From an uncultured Bacteroidota bacterium (GTDB lineage Bacteria > Bacteroidota > Bacteroidia > Bacteroidales > SZUA-534), in the NCBI GenBank assembly GCA_946404125.1, contig CAMJCK010000016.1, forward strand, positions 2,040 to 66,039: a stretch of 64,000 bases of DNA. The letters are read 5' to 3'. Position numbers and translations under genes: made by a program. This document shows, piece after piece, positions 29,101 to 37,980 of the stretch. Under the pieces are notes generated by a model. The model was not told the DNA's origin, made no database searches, and was given only the letters and a program-made list of their open reading frames with translations. Position 1 is the first letter of the stretch. Every line of letters begins with the position of its first letter.

Positions 29101-30364
29101 GGGGCGCTGAACCGGGCCGATTGTCGGCCGGGAAGTGGCGTTTTAGCGAGAAGTCTTTGTTCAGCAAATAAATACCATCATTATCGGTACCAACCCAAAT
29201 ATTATCGCCATCACAAGTAACCGACATAATGCAACACGAGCCAATTGTGTTCGCCACAGATGACCGACTGCCAATGAACACGAATTCGTTGTCAGTAACG
29301 GGCTCCAGCACAACACCCTGTTGAAAACAACCAAGCCAAAGATTGTGCCGGCTGTCGCGCATAATAGAATGGACCTTCAGCTTACTACTATTCAAACCCA
29401 TAAGGCTCAAATTATAGTCAGTTACGTCTCCTGTATTGATATTAAACAATTTAAGACCATCGCCGTCAGTGCCGAGCATTATAGTTTCCCGGTTATCCAA
29501 GCGCATATCGACTATGGCACTGTACAGTTTTCGATGAGTTGTCGCAACCGTCAAATGACCGGACGACAGTTCGCAACGCAACAGATTTCCTTTCGAAGTA
29601 CCTATATATATAACACCGTTGTCAGCTTCAACCATCGAAAAACACGATTCGTTGCCGCCGAACTTATAGTTAGCTATCACCCTACGGCTGTGGTCGAGCA
29701 CAAAAATGCCCTTGTCTAATGTCGCAATCCAAAGATTTCCAGCGCTATCAGCAAGCATTGCCTCAACATAAAAGCAATTCGGTAGTAGCTCCGAATCTTG
29801 TTCCAATATCAGCCCTTGGTCGCTATTTTTTAATACAAAAATCCCGTGTCCCGATGTGCCGACAACAAAAATGCTATCGTCAACATTCACAATACCCGAC
29901 ACATTGATTCCCTGCGAAAATCTGATGCCTTCAATATATGGTGTAATACGTGAGAACCGGCGCCAAGCCCGGTCATACAATTGGAGGCCAGACAGCGTAG
30001 CCACGAACAATCTGCCCTTGCCGTCCTCATAAACCTGGCGAACATAATTATCGCGCAGAGAAGCAGTGTCAGCATCATTTTTTCGGAATGTTACAAAGTC
30101 GGAACCATCAAAACAAGCCAAACCGTCCTCGGTGGCAACCCAAACCACGCCCTCGCTGTCTTGGAACACTTGGTTCACCTTGCTTGACGGCAATTCGCGC
30201 TCAGAAGTAAAAACCAAGCAATTGTTGGCCGAGACCGGTGTCACAAAAAGCAAAAAAGCCAGGCAAAAAGCGAAAAAAGCTGATTTCACAAAAATTCTAT
30301 CGAAATGCGATTTGAGGCGGCCATTCAGACAGCAATTATCATCATATAAACAAATTAGCATCAT
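26180..30364 (-). CDS. hybrid two-component system (HTCS) sensor kinase/response regulator with AraC-type HTH
   Basis: Periplasmic propeller-type repeats, a TM helix ('ICYALLIAAVVVLLSL'), H-box 'ISHEIRTPMS', an HATPase region, a receiver domain ('VLVVEDDDEIR...VVSDVMMPLMDG') and a C-terminal AraC HTH. Confidence 0.95.
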   Translation of the reverse strand: MMLICLYDDNCCLNGRLKSHFDRIFVKSAFFAFCLAFLLFVTPVSANNCLVFTSERELPSSKVNQVFQDSEGVVWVATEDGLACFDGSDFVTFRKNDADTASLRDNYVRQVYEDGKGRLFVATLSGLQLYDRAWRRFSRITPYIEGIRFSQGINVSGIVNVDDSIFVVGTSGHGIFVLKNSDQGLILEQDSELLPNCFYVEAMLADSAGNLWIATLDKGIFVLDHSRRVIANYKFGGNESCFSMVEADNGVIYIGTSKGNLLRCELSSGHLTVATTHRKLYSAIVDMRLDNRETIMLGTDGDGLKLFNINTGDVTDYNLSLMGLNSSKLKVHSIMRDSRHNLWLGCFQQGVVLEPVTDNEFVFIGSRSSVANTIGSCCIMSVTCDGDNIWVGTDNDGIYLLNKDFSLKRHFPADNRPGSAPRTILSVFRDSHRNIWIGSYLDGLFRLNESAGTFSRIALNSNADFNQATSVYSIVEDSKKNLWVAVSSVGLCRISHSTREQTFYRALPSGVGYSATTNQLPHAWINAMLLVDNKLYFGGYGGFGCLDIETNDFVSTLGVNRMLADEVVYVLREDADGKIWIGTANGLYYFDPQTRDITKYTTTNGLPDNSISSIECGPDGNLWISTNSGISCLNPQNRSFSNYYASDGLQCNEFSKSASSINSNGMLFFGGMNGLICFYPQKISKHYSIPGIRLTNFYIHNNAVTMGSLSGGKPIIDCDITKAEKVHLSHSDNSFSIEFAAIEFANPERISYLYNMDGKGWIHLHHRNNKVSFSNLKPGKHEFCVKAVDANSFSKTRRLEIHIAAPWYATRLANICYALLIAAVVVLLSLHLRRNHLLRMKVLEHKHAEDINEAKLQFFINISHEIRTPMSLIIGPLHKLMVTDTDAGRQRSYDTIRRNAERILNLINELMDIRKIDKGQMRLTFAETNIVDVVRDMCCNFEYQADLQAISLKFITSNPEIRVWVDADNFDKIIVNILSNAFKFTPHGGTISVTLDCERVGTAEMPDGCAVIDVEDSGTGINPDDFNRIFERFYQSQSLSEKPVSGTGVGLHLTKSLVELHHGTIAVANNNGKPGCHFTIRLPLGSAHLSESEKQVKPKESAAPWNISVSEHPPVAVPADEADEPKKHTKTKYRVLVVEDDDEIRKYITDELSQDFHVQSCMNGEEALDIVLRNTPDIVVSDVMMPLMDGITLCKKIRQNINVNYLPVILLTALTSEADRITGLDVGADAYLTKPFNIDVLRHTVLNLIRSRAALKNRFQGSQTQEAKVAKLEVNSPDDRLMQRVMVVINKNIGNPDLNVEMIARTVGISRTHLHRKLREITNQSARDFIRNVRLHQAATLLAEKRHSISEIADNLGFANLSYFSTVFKEMYGVSPSEYMEQNREGRGVSDESK

Positions 30365-30397
30365 AAATCTCGTTTATAAACATCAATAAAGACCTAA

Positions 30398-30405
30398 CAA
30401 AAATA
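30398..30405 (-). promoter_or_regulatory. candidate -7 box (TATTTTTG on minus strand) for the HTCS gene
   Basis: CAAAAATA on the plus strand, 34 nt upstream of the start at 30364. The region is very AT-rich and the same octamer recurs at 30501 and 30530, so specificity is low. Confidence 0.3.
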
Positions 30406-30713
30406 TGATTAATTATAAATAATACAATTATAAAATTATATTCTTTTAAAAATCAAGAAAATAAACACGTCAGATGACATACATTCAAAAAATTATGAAA
30501 CAAAAATAAAAAAAGATGTTACATCATCACAAAAATATGAAACACATTTTTACCACGCTCTTAAAGGCATTTCGGAAATTCGTGCTCACAATTAAAAGCA
30601 CATACGCTTGACAACTTGTAATCAAGAGATATCAGCAATTAAGATAAACTGGAGTGTTCCAAGGACACACCAGATGGTGACTAATCTATCTAATAATTAA
30701 CAAAAACTTTTGT

Positions 30714-33700
30714 ATGATGAAAAAGCATCTATTATGGAAAAACGCAGTGCTTGCACTGTCGATGATGCTGCTATCCGTCGGAGCTTTTGCCCAACAACAC
30801 GAGGTTAAGGGTACGGTTCTCGACGAATCGCAACTTCCCATTCCGGGAGCAAACGTGGTTATTAAAGGAACCACTGCTGGTACTGTTACCGCTGGTAACG
30901 GTGAATTTACTATGAACGCCGCTGACGGTGATGTTCTTCAGATTTCCTACATCGGTTACACAACTGAAGAAGTTACAGTAAACGGCAACGGACCTTACAC
31001 CGTTAATCTGGTGCCTGATATGGTAGGCCTGGACGAGGTTGTGGTTGTAGGTTACGGTACAATGAAGAAGAGCGACCTTACCGGTGCAGTTGCATCTGTA
31101 AAAAGCGAGGATTTGGCAAACCGCGCCACCTCTGATGCCGCTCAGGCACTGCAAGGAAAAGCAGCCGGTGTACAAATCATCTCATCTTCGGGTGCTCCGG
31201 GTGCCGGCGCAGAAATCCGCGTTCGTGGTGTGTCTTCGAACTCTGGTAGCCTTGGCCCTCTTATGATTGTTGACGGTTTGAAGGTTGACAACATCCAATA
31301 CCTCGACCCTGAAATGATTGAGTCTATTGAGGTGTTGAAGGACGCCGCCTCAGCAGCCATCTATGGTGCACAAGCTGGTAACGGTGTTGTTCTTATCACC
31401 ACTAAAAAAGGCAAAAGCGGCGCAGCTGACGGAACCATTTTCTACAACGGTCAATTGCAACGCAGCAGCCTCTCGCGCGAGCTGAAGGTTATGAATGCCG
31501 AGCAATACATTGACTTTGGTAATAAAATGGGCTTCCTTAAAAAGAATTGGGAAGAAACTACCGGATATGATGGTGCCGACATTAAATGGAGCGATGAGGT
31601 GTTTGAGCCGACATGGAGTCAGCGTCACACTGTAGGTTTCCAAGGCGGAAACGACCGTGGCAGCTTCTTTGCAGCCATCAACCACGTTAACGTCAATGGT
31701 ATTTTCAAAGGCGACAACGATACATACAAACGTTTGTCGTTCCAAGTGAATGCCGACTACAAAATCAAGAAATGGCTGACTGTAAGCACCAACAACTCAA
31801 TTGAGAAATGGCGTACAGAATCTATCAGCCAGCAATCAGACAACGGTTCAGCACTGTTGGCCGCTATCACCAGCGACCCTCTGTTTGGCCCGTATGTTGA
31901 TCCTGACAAAATGGACACCCAACTCACTGGCGACCAAAAAGCCGCTTTGGAAAGCGGATTGGTTGATGGTGAGGAAGGCTACAAAAAAGTGCTCGGTGAT
32001 GGTGACAAATACTATCGCATTTCGCCCATCAGTGGTCAGACACAGTCTTCGAACCCATTCATCCAACGCGACCGTCGAATTGGCTATCGCCAGGGCATCA
32101 ACGTCCGTGGCCAGGCACAGTTGAATTTCAAACCCATTGATGGTCTTGTATTCACATCGCGTCTGGGCTACCGCCTTGGCTTCAGCAACACTCACAATTA
32201 TGAGGTTCCGTTTGTTGCCAACGAATTTGTTTACAGAAACGACTATTTAATCAGAACTGACGCCAACACCAACTTCTACTACCAATGGGAGAACTTCGTC
32301 AGCTACAACAAGACAATTGCCGACATGCACGATGTTGCAGTTGTGGCTGGTATGGCTTGGGAAGAAAGCCACTCCGACAATGTTTGGGGACAGGCTCAAG
32401 GACCGGATGTCTTGAAAGGTTATGCAGAAAACTTCCGTTATCTGGACTTCTTGAAATCGGGTGACGATGTTTTGAAATCGACTGGCGGTGTTGAGAACGA
32501 CACAAGAAGCCTTTCTTACTTTGGTCGTTTTACTTACAGCTTCGACAACCGCTACAGCTTGCAAGCTAACTTCCGTGCTGACGCATACGACTCGTCGAAA
32601 CTTGGAAAAGACAATCGCTGGGGTAAATTCCCATCGTTCTCTGCAGGTTGGACACTCAGCAACGAAAGCTTTATCGCTGACAACATCAGCACCGATTTGC
32701 TTTCATTCTTGAAGCTGAGAGCATCGTGGGGACGTAACGGTAACATCAACGTTCTCCGTGACTACCCCTACGCAGCTGTTATCAACAGCAACAACGACTG
32801 GTATCAATATGATTCTGATTTCGCATTGTTCTATGGTTCACAACCGAATGGCCTTGCCAACCCAGACCTTGTATGGGAGGAGTCAGAGCAGATTGACCTT
32901 GGTTTGGACGCTCGCTTCCTCAACAGCAGACTTACTGTTGGTATTGACTGGTACAAGAAGACAACAAAAGGCTTGCTGATTTCAATCACCCCGCTGCTTG
33001 AAACAGGTGTTAGCTCAACAATGGCTAACGCAGGTGAGGTTTTGAACCGTGGTCTTGAGATTGAACTTGGTTGGAAAGACAAGATTGGTGATTTCAACTA
33101 CTCTGTCAACGCTAACATGGCAACTCTCCACAATGAGCTTACCTATCTTGACCCGACCGTTGACAAAATCGCTGGTACAGGTCTTCAGGGCTCAAGCATC
33201 ACTACTGAATGCGTAGTTGGCCAGCCTCTGTGGCACTTCCTCGGCTTCAAGGTTGATGGACTTGACAAAGACGGATATGCAATATTCAGCGACCTCAATG
33301 GCGATGGAGAATTCCAACCGAATGAGAGCGATATGACCGACCTTGGCTGCGGTCTTCCGAAACTTAACTATGGTATCACCGTCAATATGGAATACAAAGG
33401 CTTTGACTTTGTAGTGTTCGGTACTGGTGTCAGCGGCAACAAAATCCTGCCACAGGCTTGGCGTACCGACCGCCCGTATTGCAACAACTACAGCTACTTC
33501 TACGAGAATGCATACGACCCGGAGACAAATCCTGGCGGAAAATTCCCTATCATAAGCAAAAAAGGATGGCAGAAGAACACCTTCAGTTCAGATTTGACTG
33601 TATTCAGCGGTGCATTCTTCAAAATCAAACAAATACAATTGGGTTACTCACTGCCTAAAGAACTGTTGAGCAAGGTTTACATCAGCCGTCTGCGTGTATT

Positions 33701-33860
33701 CGCGTCGCTTGAGAACTATTTCACCTTCACCAAATACCCAGGTCTTGATCCAGAGGCTTCAAATGCCAACGTAAACGGCGTATCAAGCTCACTTGGTATC
33801 GATATGGGTACATATCCAACAGCAAAACAAGTAATCTTTGGTGTTAACCTTACCTTCTAA
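30714..33860 (+). CDS. SusC/RagA-family TonB-dependent outer-membrane transporter
   Basis: N-domain 'VKGTVLDESQLPIPGANVVIKGTTAGTVTAGNGEFTM', 'DEVVVVGYG', C-terminal '...GVNLTF'. Confidence 0.95.
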   Translation: MMKKHLLWKNAVLALSMMLLSVGAFAQQHEVKGTVLDESQLPIPGANVVIKGTTAGTVTAGNGEFTMNAADGDVLQISYIGYTTEEVTVNGNGPYTVNLVPDMVGLDEVVVVGYGTMKKSDLTGAVASVKSEDLANRATSDAAQALQGKAAGVQIISSSGAPGAGAEIRVRGVSSNSGSLGPLMIVDGLKVDNIQYLDPEMIESIEVLKDAASAAIYGAQAGNGVVLITTKKGKSGAADGTIFYNGQLQRSSLSRELKVMNAEQYIDFGNKMGFLKKNWEETTGYDGADIKWSDEVFEPTWSQRHTVGFQGGNDRGSFFAAINHVNVNGIFKGDNDTYKRLSFQVNADYKIKKWLTVSTNNSIEKWRTESISQQSDNGSALLAAITSDPLFGPYVDPDKMDTQLTGDQKAALESGLVDGEEGYKKVLGDGDKYYRISPISGQTQSSNPFIQRDRRIGYRQGINVRGQAQLNFKPIDGLVFTSRLGYRLGFSNTHNYEVPFVANEFVYRNDYLIRTDANTNFYYQWENFVSYNKTIADMHDVAVVAGMAWEESHSDNVWGQAQGPDVLKGYAENFRYLDFLKSGDDVLKSTGGVENDTRSLSYFGRFTYSFDNRYSLQANFRADAYDSSKLGKDNRWGKFPSFSAGWTLSNESFIADNISTDLLSFLKLRASWGRNGNINVLRDYPYAAVINSNNDWYQYDSDFALFYGSQPNGLANPDLVWEESEQIDLGLDARFLNSRLTVGIDWYKKTTKGLLISITPLLETGVSSTMANAGEVLNRGLEIELGWKDKIGDFNYSVNANMATLHNELTYLDPTVDKIAGTGLQGSSITTECVVGQPLWHFLGFKVDGLDKDGYAIFSDLNGDGEFQPNESDMTDLGCGLPKLNYGITVNMEYKGFDFVVFGTGVSGNKILPQAWRTDRPYCNNYSYFYENAYDPETNPGGKFPIISKKGWQKNTFSSDLTVFSGAFFKIKQIQLGYSLPKELLSKVYISRLRVFASLENYFTFTKYPGLDPEASNANVNGVSSSLGIDMGTYPTAKQVIFGVNLTF

Positions 33861-33873
33861 AAATTAAAGAGTT

Positions 33874-35613
33874 ATGAAAAAGAGTAAATATTTATTATTA
33901 GTTGCAGCAGGAGCTCTTGCTCTTACTACTGGTTGCGACCAAGATGAATTGGATATTCCCCAAAAAGGTGTCATATCGTTTGAGGATTTCTACAAAACCG
34001 ACAAAGATGCTGAGAGCGCAATAACAATTGTTTATGCCACAACTCAGAAACTATTCTCACACTGGACTCACCAATACAATTACGGACCATACTTTGCTTT
34101 GACAAACTGGATGGGCGATGACATTTGGTTGGGCGGTTCAGGTACCGACGACTGCGTTGAGCAGCGCCAGATGCACCAATTTGTATATGGCTATGACAAT
34201 CTTGACATTGAGGATAGCTATTATGTGTTGTACGCTTCGATTCTGAAGTGCAACTATGTAATTAATAACTTTACCGAAGAGCGCTTGGGAACACTTAGCG
34301 CAACTCAGAAAAGATGCGTGGCAGAAGCACGTGCAATGCGCGCCTTCGACCATATGCTCCTTGGCATCTACTGGGGTACTCCTCCGATTGTTGAGACCGT
34401 TTTGACTCCGGCTGACCGTCCGACAAACTCAGAATCGCAAGCTGCGGTTATGGATTGGGTTGCTAAAGAATGTGACCTGGCTGCTGCCGATCTTGATTGG
34501 CGTCAGGGTGCTGATGACTACAAAGGTGCTGTCAGAATAACCAAAGGTTTCGCACTTGCCGTAAAAGGCAAAGCGTTGCTTTGGAAGAGAGACTATGCTG
34601 GCGCAAAAGCTGCCCTGAAATCGGTTATTGATGATGGCAACTACGAGCTTGTTCCTTCTGAGAAGATGCTTACCATCGGCCACGCTGACGGCAAAGGCTC
34701 ATCAGAGGCTGTGCTTGAATTCAACTACGACGGTACTAACCTTACAGGTCAGTACGAGCGTACTGAGCGTGGCGGCTGGAACGACCACAGCACATTCACC
34801 TGGCGTGGTGACTATGTGAACAACGCTTCGCTTAAAGACTCTACCATCTTTGCCGGTGGTTGGGGCTGGCTTAACCCATCACAAGGTTTTGCCGAGGCTC
34901 TTATCGCTAACGATGGTATGGAGTCGGCACGTCGTAAAGCTTGGATTAAAACATACGACGAGATGCTTTATGACTTGAAATGGGCAAGCGATGGTGACAA
35001 ATTCGCTCCTGGCAAAACAGCAGACAAAGCAAAAGACAAGAAGCGTGGCATATCGCACGACATCTATGCTAACGCTGGCTACTTCACCTACAAGATTAAC
35101 GCTCACCCGAACCAAGGCGACCAACTGGACGACGGCCACCTGAACCGCAACGCAAGCATTATGCGCTATGCTGAGGTTCTGCTTATGTATGCTGAGGCTT
35201 GCGCACAACTTGGCGAGACCAGCGGTGACGGTTTGGATGCTCTGAACGCTGTTCAGAACCGTGCACAATCAAAGACTGTATCTTCAGCACTGTCGCTCGA
35301 AGCTGTACAGAAAGAGAAAGAGTTTGAGTTGTGGCTCGAAGGCTGCCGCTTTGCCGACCTTGTTCGCTGGGGCAAAACAGAGACTTTGGAAAAACAAGAT
35401 TACTATCTGCCTTCATTCTGCGATGCTATCAACGATGGCGAAGCTGAACACAGAGGCTACATTAAGGAGGATATTGGAAACCAGGAGGCAGACCTCTGGC
35501 AAAAGACCTATGGTGACGCACTCGGTTTCAAGAAAGGCAAACACGAGTTGCTTCCTTTCCCGAAACGCGCAATGTCACTCAACAGTGCTCTTATACAAAA
35601 TCCTGGTTGGTGA
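33874..35613 (+). CDS. SusD/RagB-family nutrient-binding lipoprotein
   Basis: Lipoprotein signal 'GALALTTGC'. 579 aa. C-terminal 'LIQNPGW'. Confidence 0.9.
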   Translation: MKKSKYLLLVAAGALALTTGCDQDELDIPQKGVISFEDFYKTDKDAESAITIVYATTQKLFSHWTHQYNYGPYFALTNWMGDDIWLGGSGTDDCVEQRQMHQFVYGYDNLDIEDSYYVLYASILKCNYVINNFTEERLGTLSATQKRCVAEARAMRAFDHMLLGIYWGTPPIVETVLTPADRPTNSESQAAVMDWVAKECDLAAADLDWRQGADDYKGAVRITKGFALAVKGKALLWKRDYAGAKAALKSVIDDGNYELVPSEKMLTIGHADGKGSSEAVLEFNYDGTNLTGQYERTERGGWNDHSTFTWRGDYVNNASLKDSTIFAGGWGWLNPSQGFAEALIANDGMESARRKAWIKTYDEMLYDLKWASDGDKFAPGKTADKAKDKKRGISHDIYANAGYFTYKINAHPNQGDQLDDGHLNRNASIMRYAEVLLMYAEACAQLGETSGDGLDALNAVQNRAQSKTVSSALSLEAVQKEKEFELWLEGCRFADLVRWGKTETLEKQDYYLPSFCDAINDGEAEHRGYIKEDIGNQEADLWQKTYGDALGFKKGKHELLPFPKRAMSLNSALIQNPGW

Positions 35614-35645
35614 TAAAAATGTAAGATTATAAATCTTATAAATGT

Positions 35646-35682
35646 GGAGATGCCTGATTATTTCGGGCATCTCCTTTTTTTT
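35646..35682 (+). terminator. Rho-independent terminator after SusD
   Basis: GGAGATGCC / GGCATCTCC stem followed by T8. Confidence 0.8.
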
Positions 35683-35855
35683 GAAACAAGATGTATCGCA
35701 TAAGATAAACGATGCATAAAAATAAAGATGGCTATGTACAAAAGCGACATTATGAGAAGGCCCTACTACCACCAACATTGTAGATTTTTTTTACAAAAAG
35801 GAGCTTTTTTTATGTAAAAAAACGATGCAACCTGCACCTCTAATAAAATAATGTG

Positions 35856-35863
35856 TATATTTG
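35856..35863 (+). promoter_or_regulatory. -7 box TATATTTG for the T9SS-tailed protein gene
   Basis: Exact TAnnTTTG match 32 nt upstream of the ATG at 35895. Confidence 0.5.
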
Positions 35864-35894
35864 CTTCGTGTTATTAACTAAAAATTTTTCAAGT

Positions 35895-37319
35895 ATGAAA
35901 AAGACTTTACTTTCTATTTTGGCTGTTGCCGCTTTGTTTGGCACAGCTAACGTTGCCAAAGCAGAAATTGCCAATAAAGACAATGCTAAGGCAGGCGAAA
36001 TCTACCGTTGGGAGGCTAACAACCCGGGCGAGTACGAACAGTTGTGCAAACCGGAAAATGGCGTATATGGTCTGTTCACTTACGCAGCTGATGCGCAAGA
36101 CTGGGATTCTCAGTTCTTCTGGGTATTTGCTGATGCAAACAAACCTGCAGGAACTGTTGTTCACGTAAAATTTCAGTACAGAAAAACTGAGGGCAGCGGT
36201 GATGTAAAATTTGGCGCACAAGGTCATGCCAACCCACACTCATATGTTAACAACGATGGTTGGGCAGCTCTTGAAGCTACTACAGAATGGAAAGACTTTG
36301 ACGAGGAAATCACCCTTACTGGTGAAATCCGTACTTTCGCGCTGAACTGCTCAGTAGGTAGAAGCAATGGTACACTGTTGTTCCGCAACATTCTTATCGA
36401 AGTTGATTATGAGCCTGTAATTGAGACAGAAGAGACCACAGAAGATGACGCTGACCTTGGCGAGGCTCCTGTAGTTGTTGTTCCTGTTCCGGAACTTAAC
36501 GCTGAAGTTCCTTACGACAAAATCGGTGGCACCACTGAGCTTGGTGACGCTGCTTTCATCAGCCGTGAGGAGCATGGTCGTTTTGCAGAAAAGGCTTTGG
36601 ACGCTGATAGCGTTGAAAGACTTTGCGGTGGCAAACAATTCTTCCAGAGCACAGTAAAATACGGTGATGACAATGTATTCGCTTTCCGTGTTGACACTAA
36701 CGACTCTAAATGGGGTGGTTCTTGCCTGACCCAACTTATTGTTAAGTTGGAGTCTGTATCTAAAACAATCGTTCCGGGCAAACAAGTTGTTTTGTCATAC
36801 ACATTCAAAACAGACGCTATTAACATGACAGTTGGTACATTCAACTTGCTGTCTTCGTACGCTGGTAGCCGCTATGGTACTGGTGGTACTCCGACCAACG
36901 AATGGCAGACTAAGACCGATACTGTTGTTGTAAACGACAGCGTTCCTTTCACTCAGTGGGAGTTCCACCTCGGAATGGCTAAAGCGAAAATCAACTACGA
37001 CGTATTCTTGAAAGACGTTAACGTACTTGTTGACGGTAAAGTAGTTCTTTCGTCTAACGACCTGACTCCGGTTGCTGGTGCTGAGATTAAAGACATCAAG
37101 AAGGATGATAAAACTGCTGTTGCTGAAGTAGCTGCTATCAACGTATACGTAGCTGGCGACGTTCTCTTCGCTTCTGAGGCTGTTGACGTTACTATCTTCA
37201 ACATCAACGGTGTAGCTGTTAAGGCTGCTAAGAACGTTACTTCACTCAACGTATCTGACCTGAGAAGTGGCTTGTACATTGCTAAGGTTGGTAACAAGAC
37301 AGTTAAGTTCGTAAAATAA
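35895..37319 (+). CDS. secreted protein with putative carbohydrate-binding beta-sandwich N-domain and T9SS C-terminal sorting domain
   Basis: Signal peptide 'MKKTLLSILAVAALFGTANVAKA'. C-terminus 'VTIFNINGVAVK...LRSGLYIAKVGNKTVKFVK'. The CBM-like call (aromatic-rich 'DWDSQFFWVF' region) is tentative. Confidence 0.7.
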   Translation: MKKTLLSILAVAALFGTANVAKAEIANKDNAKAGEIYRWEANNPGEYEQLCKPENGVYGLFTYAADAQDWDSQFFWVFADANKPAGTVVHVKFQYRKTEGSGDVKFGAQGHANPHSYVNNDGWAALEATTEWKDFDEEITLTGEIRTFALNCSVGRSNGTLLFRNILIEVDYEPVIETEETTEDDADLGEAPVVVVPVPELNAEVPYDKIGGTTELGDAAFISREEHGRFAEKALDADSVERLCGGKQFFQSTVKYGDDNVFAFRVDTNDSKWGGSCLTQLIVKLESVSKTIVPGKQVVLSYTFKTDAINMTVGTFNLLSSYAGSRYGTGGTPTNEWQTKTDTVVVNDSVPFTQWEFHLGMAKAKINYDVFLKDVNVLVDGKVVLSSNDLTPVAGAEIKDIKKDDKTAVAEVAAINVYVAGDVLFASEAVDVTIFNINGVAVKAAKNVTSLNVSDLRSGLYIAKVGNKTVKFVK

Positions 37320-37362
37320 TTAACAAGTAAATTTTAATAGTTTAACTGTTAATAACACATTG

Positions 37363-37394
37363 GCCCCGCAGACTAAGTCTGCGGGGCTTTTTTT
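37363..37394 (+). terminator. Rho-independent terminator
   Basis: GCCCCGCAGACT / AGTCTGCGGGGC stem followed by T7. Confidence 0.85.
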
Positions 37395-37400
37395 GTTTAT

Positions 37401-37870
37401 GGGCGAGCTGAAGATTGAGGCGAGGAACGGGACAAATATAGGTTGCTTGTTTGGCGAGCTGAAGCTCGCTACGCAGGACTGACAAATAATAACTTGCGAG
37501 CTGATGCTCGCTACGCTAAATGGACGAGTGCAAAGCAAACTCGACTCTCGGAATGATGATTGAGGCGAGGAACGGGACAAACAGGGCTTGATTGTTTGGC
37601 GAGCTGAAGCTCGCTACGAGGAACTGACAATCAGAACTTGCGAGCTGAAGCTCGCTACGCAAAACGGACAAGTGCAAAGCAAATACGACTCACGGGATGA
37701 TGATTGCGGCGATGAACGGAACAAACAGGGCTTGATTGTTTGGCGAGCTAAAGCTCGCTACGCTGAACAGACAATCAGAACTTGCGAGCTGAAGCTCGCT
37801 ACGCAAAACGGACAAGTGCAAAGCAAATACGACTCACGGGATGATGATTGCGGCGATGAACAGACATAAA
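37401..37870. repeat. 144/145-bp tandem repeat, ~3.1 copies, each unit carrying two GCGAGCTGAAGCTCGC palindromes
   Basis: Unit starts at 37416, 37561, 37705 and 37849. Palindromes start at 37454, 37496, 37599, 37640, 37743 and 37784 (spacing 42/103/41/103/41). Copies 2 and 3 are nearly identical and copy 1 is diverged. Confidence 0.9.
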
Positions 37871-37936
37871 TGCAGATAACGGGCGCTTTCATAAAAAAGT
37901 AATGAAACAACTATTTCCTTTTAATGGAACGAATGC

Positions 37937-37944
37937 TAATTTTG
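37937..37944 (+). promoter_or_regulatory. -7 box TAATTTTG for the esterase gene
   Basis: Exact TAnnTTTG match 37 nt upstream of the ATG at 37981. Confidence 0.5.
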
Positions 37945-37980
37945 CTTTGTAATAACAACATTCACTTAAACATTAGAAAT

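Noticed and set aside
37588-37869. 93-aa ORF (TTG start) running in frame through two 144-bp repeat units. It encodes a 48-aa peptide twice ('...WRAEARYEELTIRTCELKLATQNGQVQSKYDSRDDDCGDE...'), which could look like a multi-core precursor peptide next to hydrolase and protease genes.
   Set aside because: 144 is a multiple of 3, so any frame open in one copy is automatically open in the near-identical next copy. The equivalent frame in the diverged first copy is closed by a TGA. There is no promoter box or convincing start. It begins just after a strong terminator, and the amino-acid composition is odd. It is treated as non-coding repeat DNA, although ribosome profiling could revisit this.
37401-37870. 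Possible CRISPR array, since a short hairpin repeat recurs six times.
   Set aside because: The intervening 'spacers' are themselves repeated (two alternating spacer sequences of about 25 and 87 nt). Repeat spacing is bimodal, and no cas genes or leader are present. It is a higher-order tandem repeat, not a CRISPR array.
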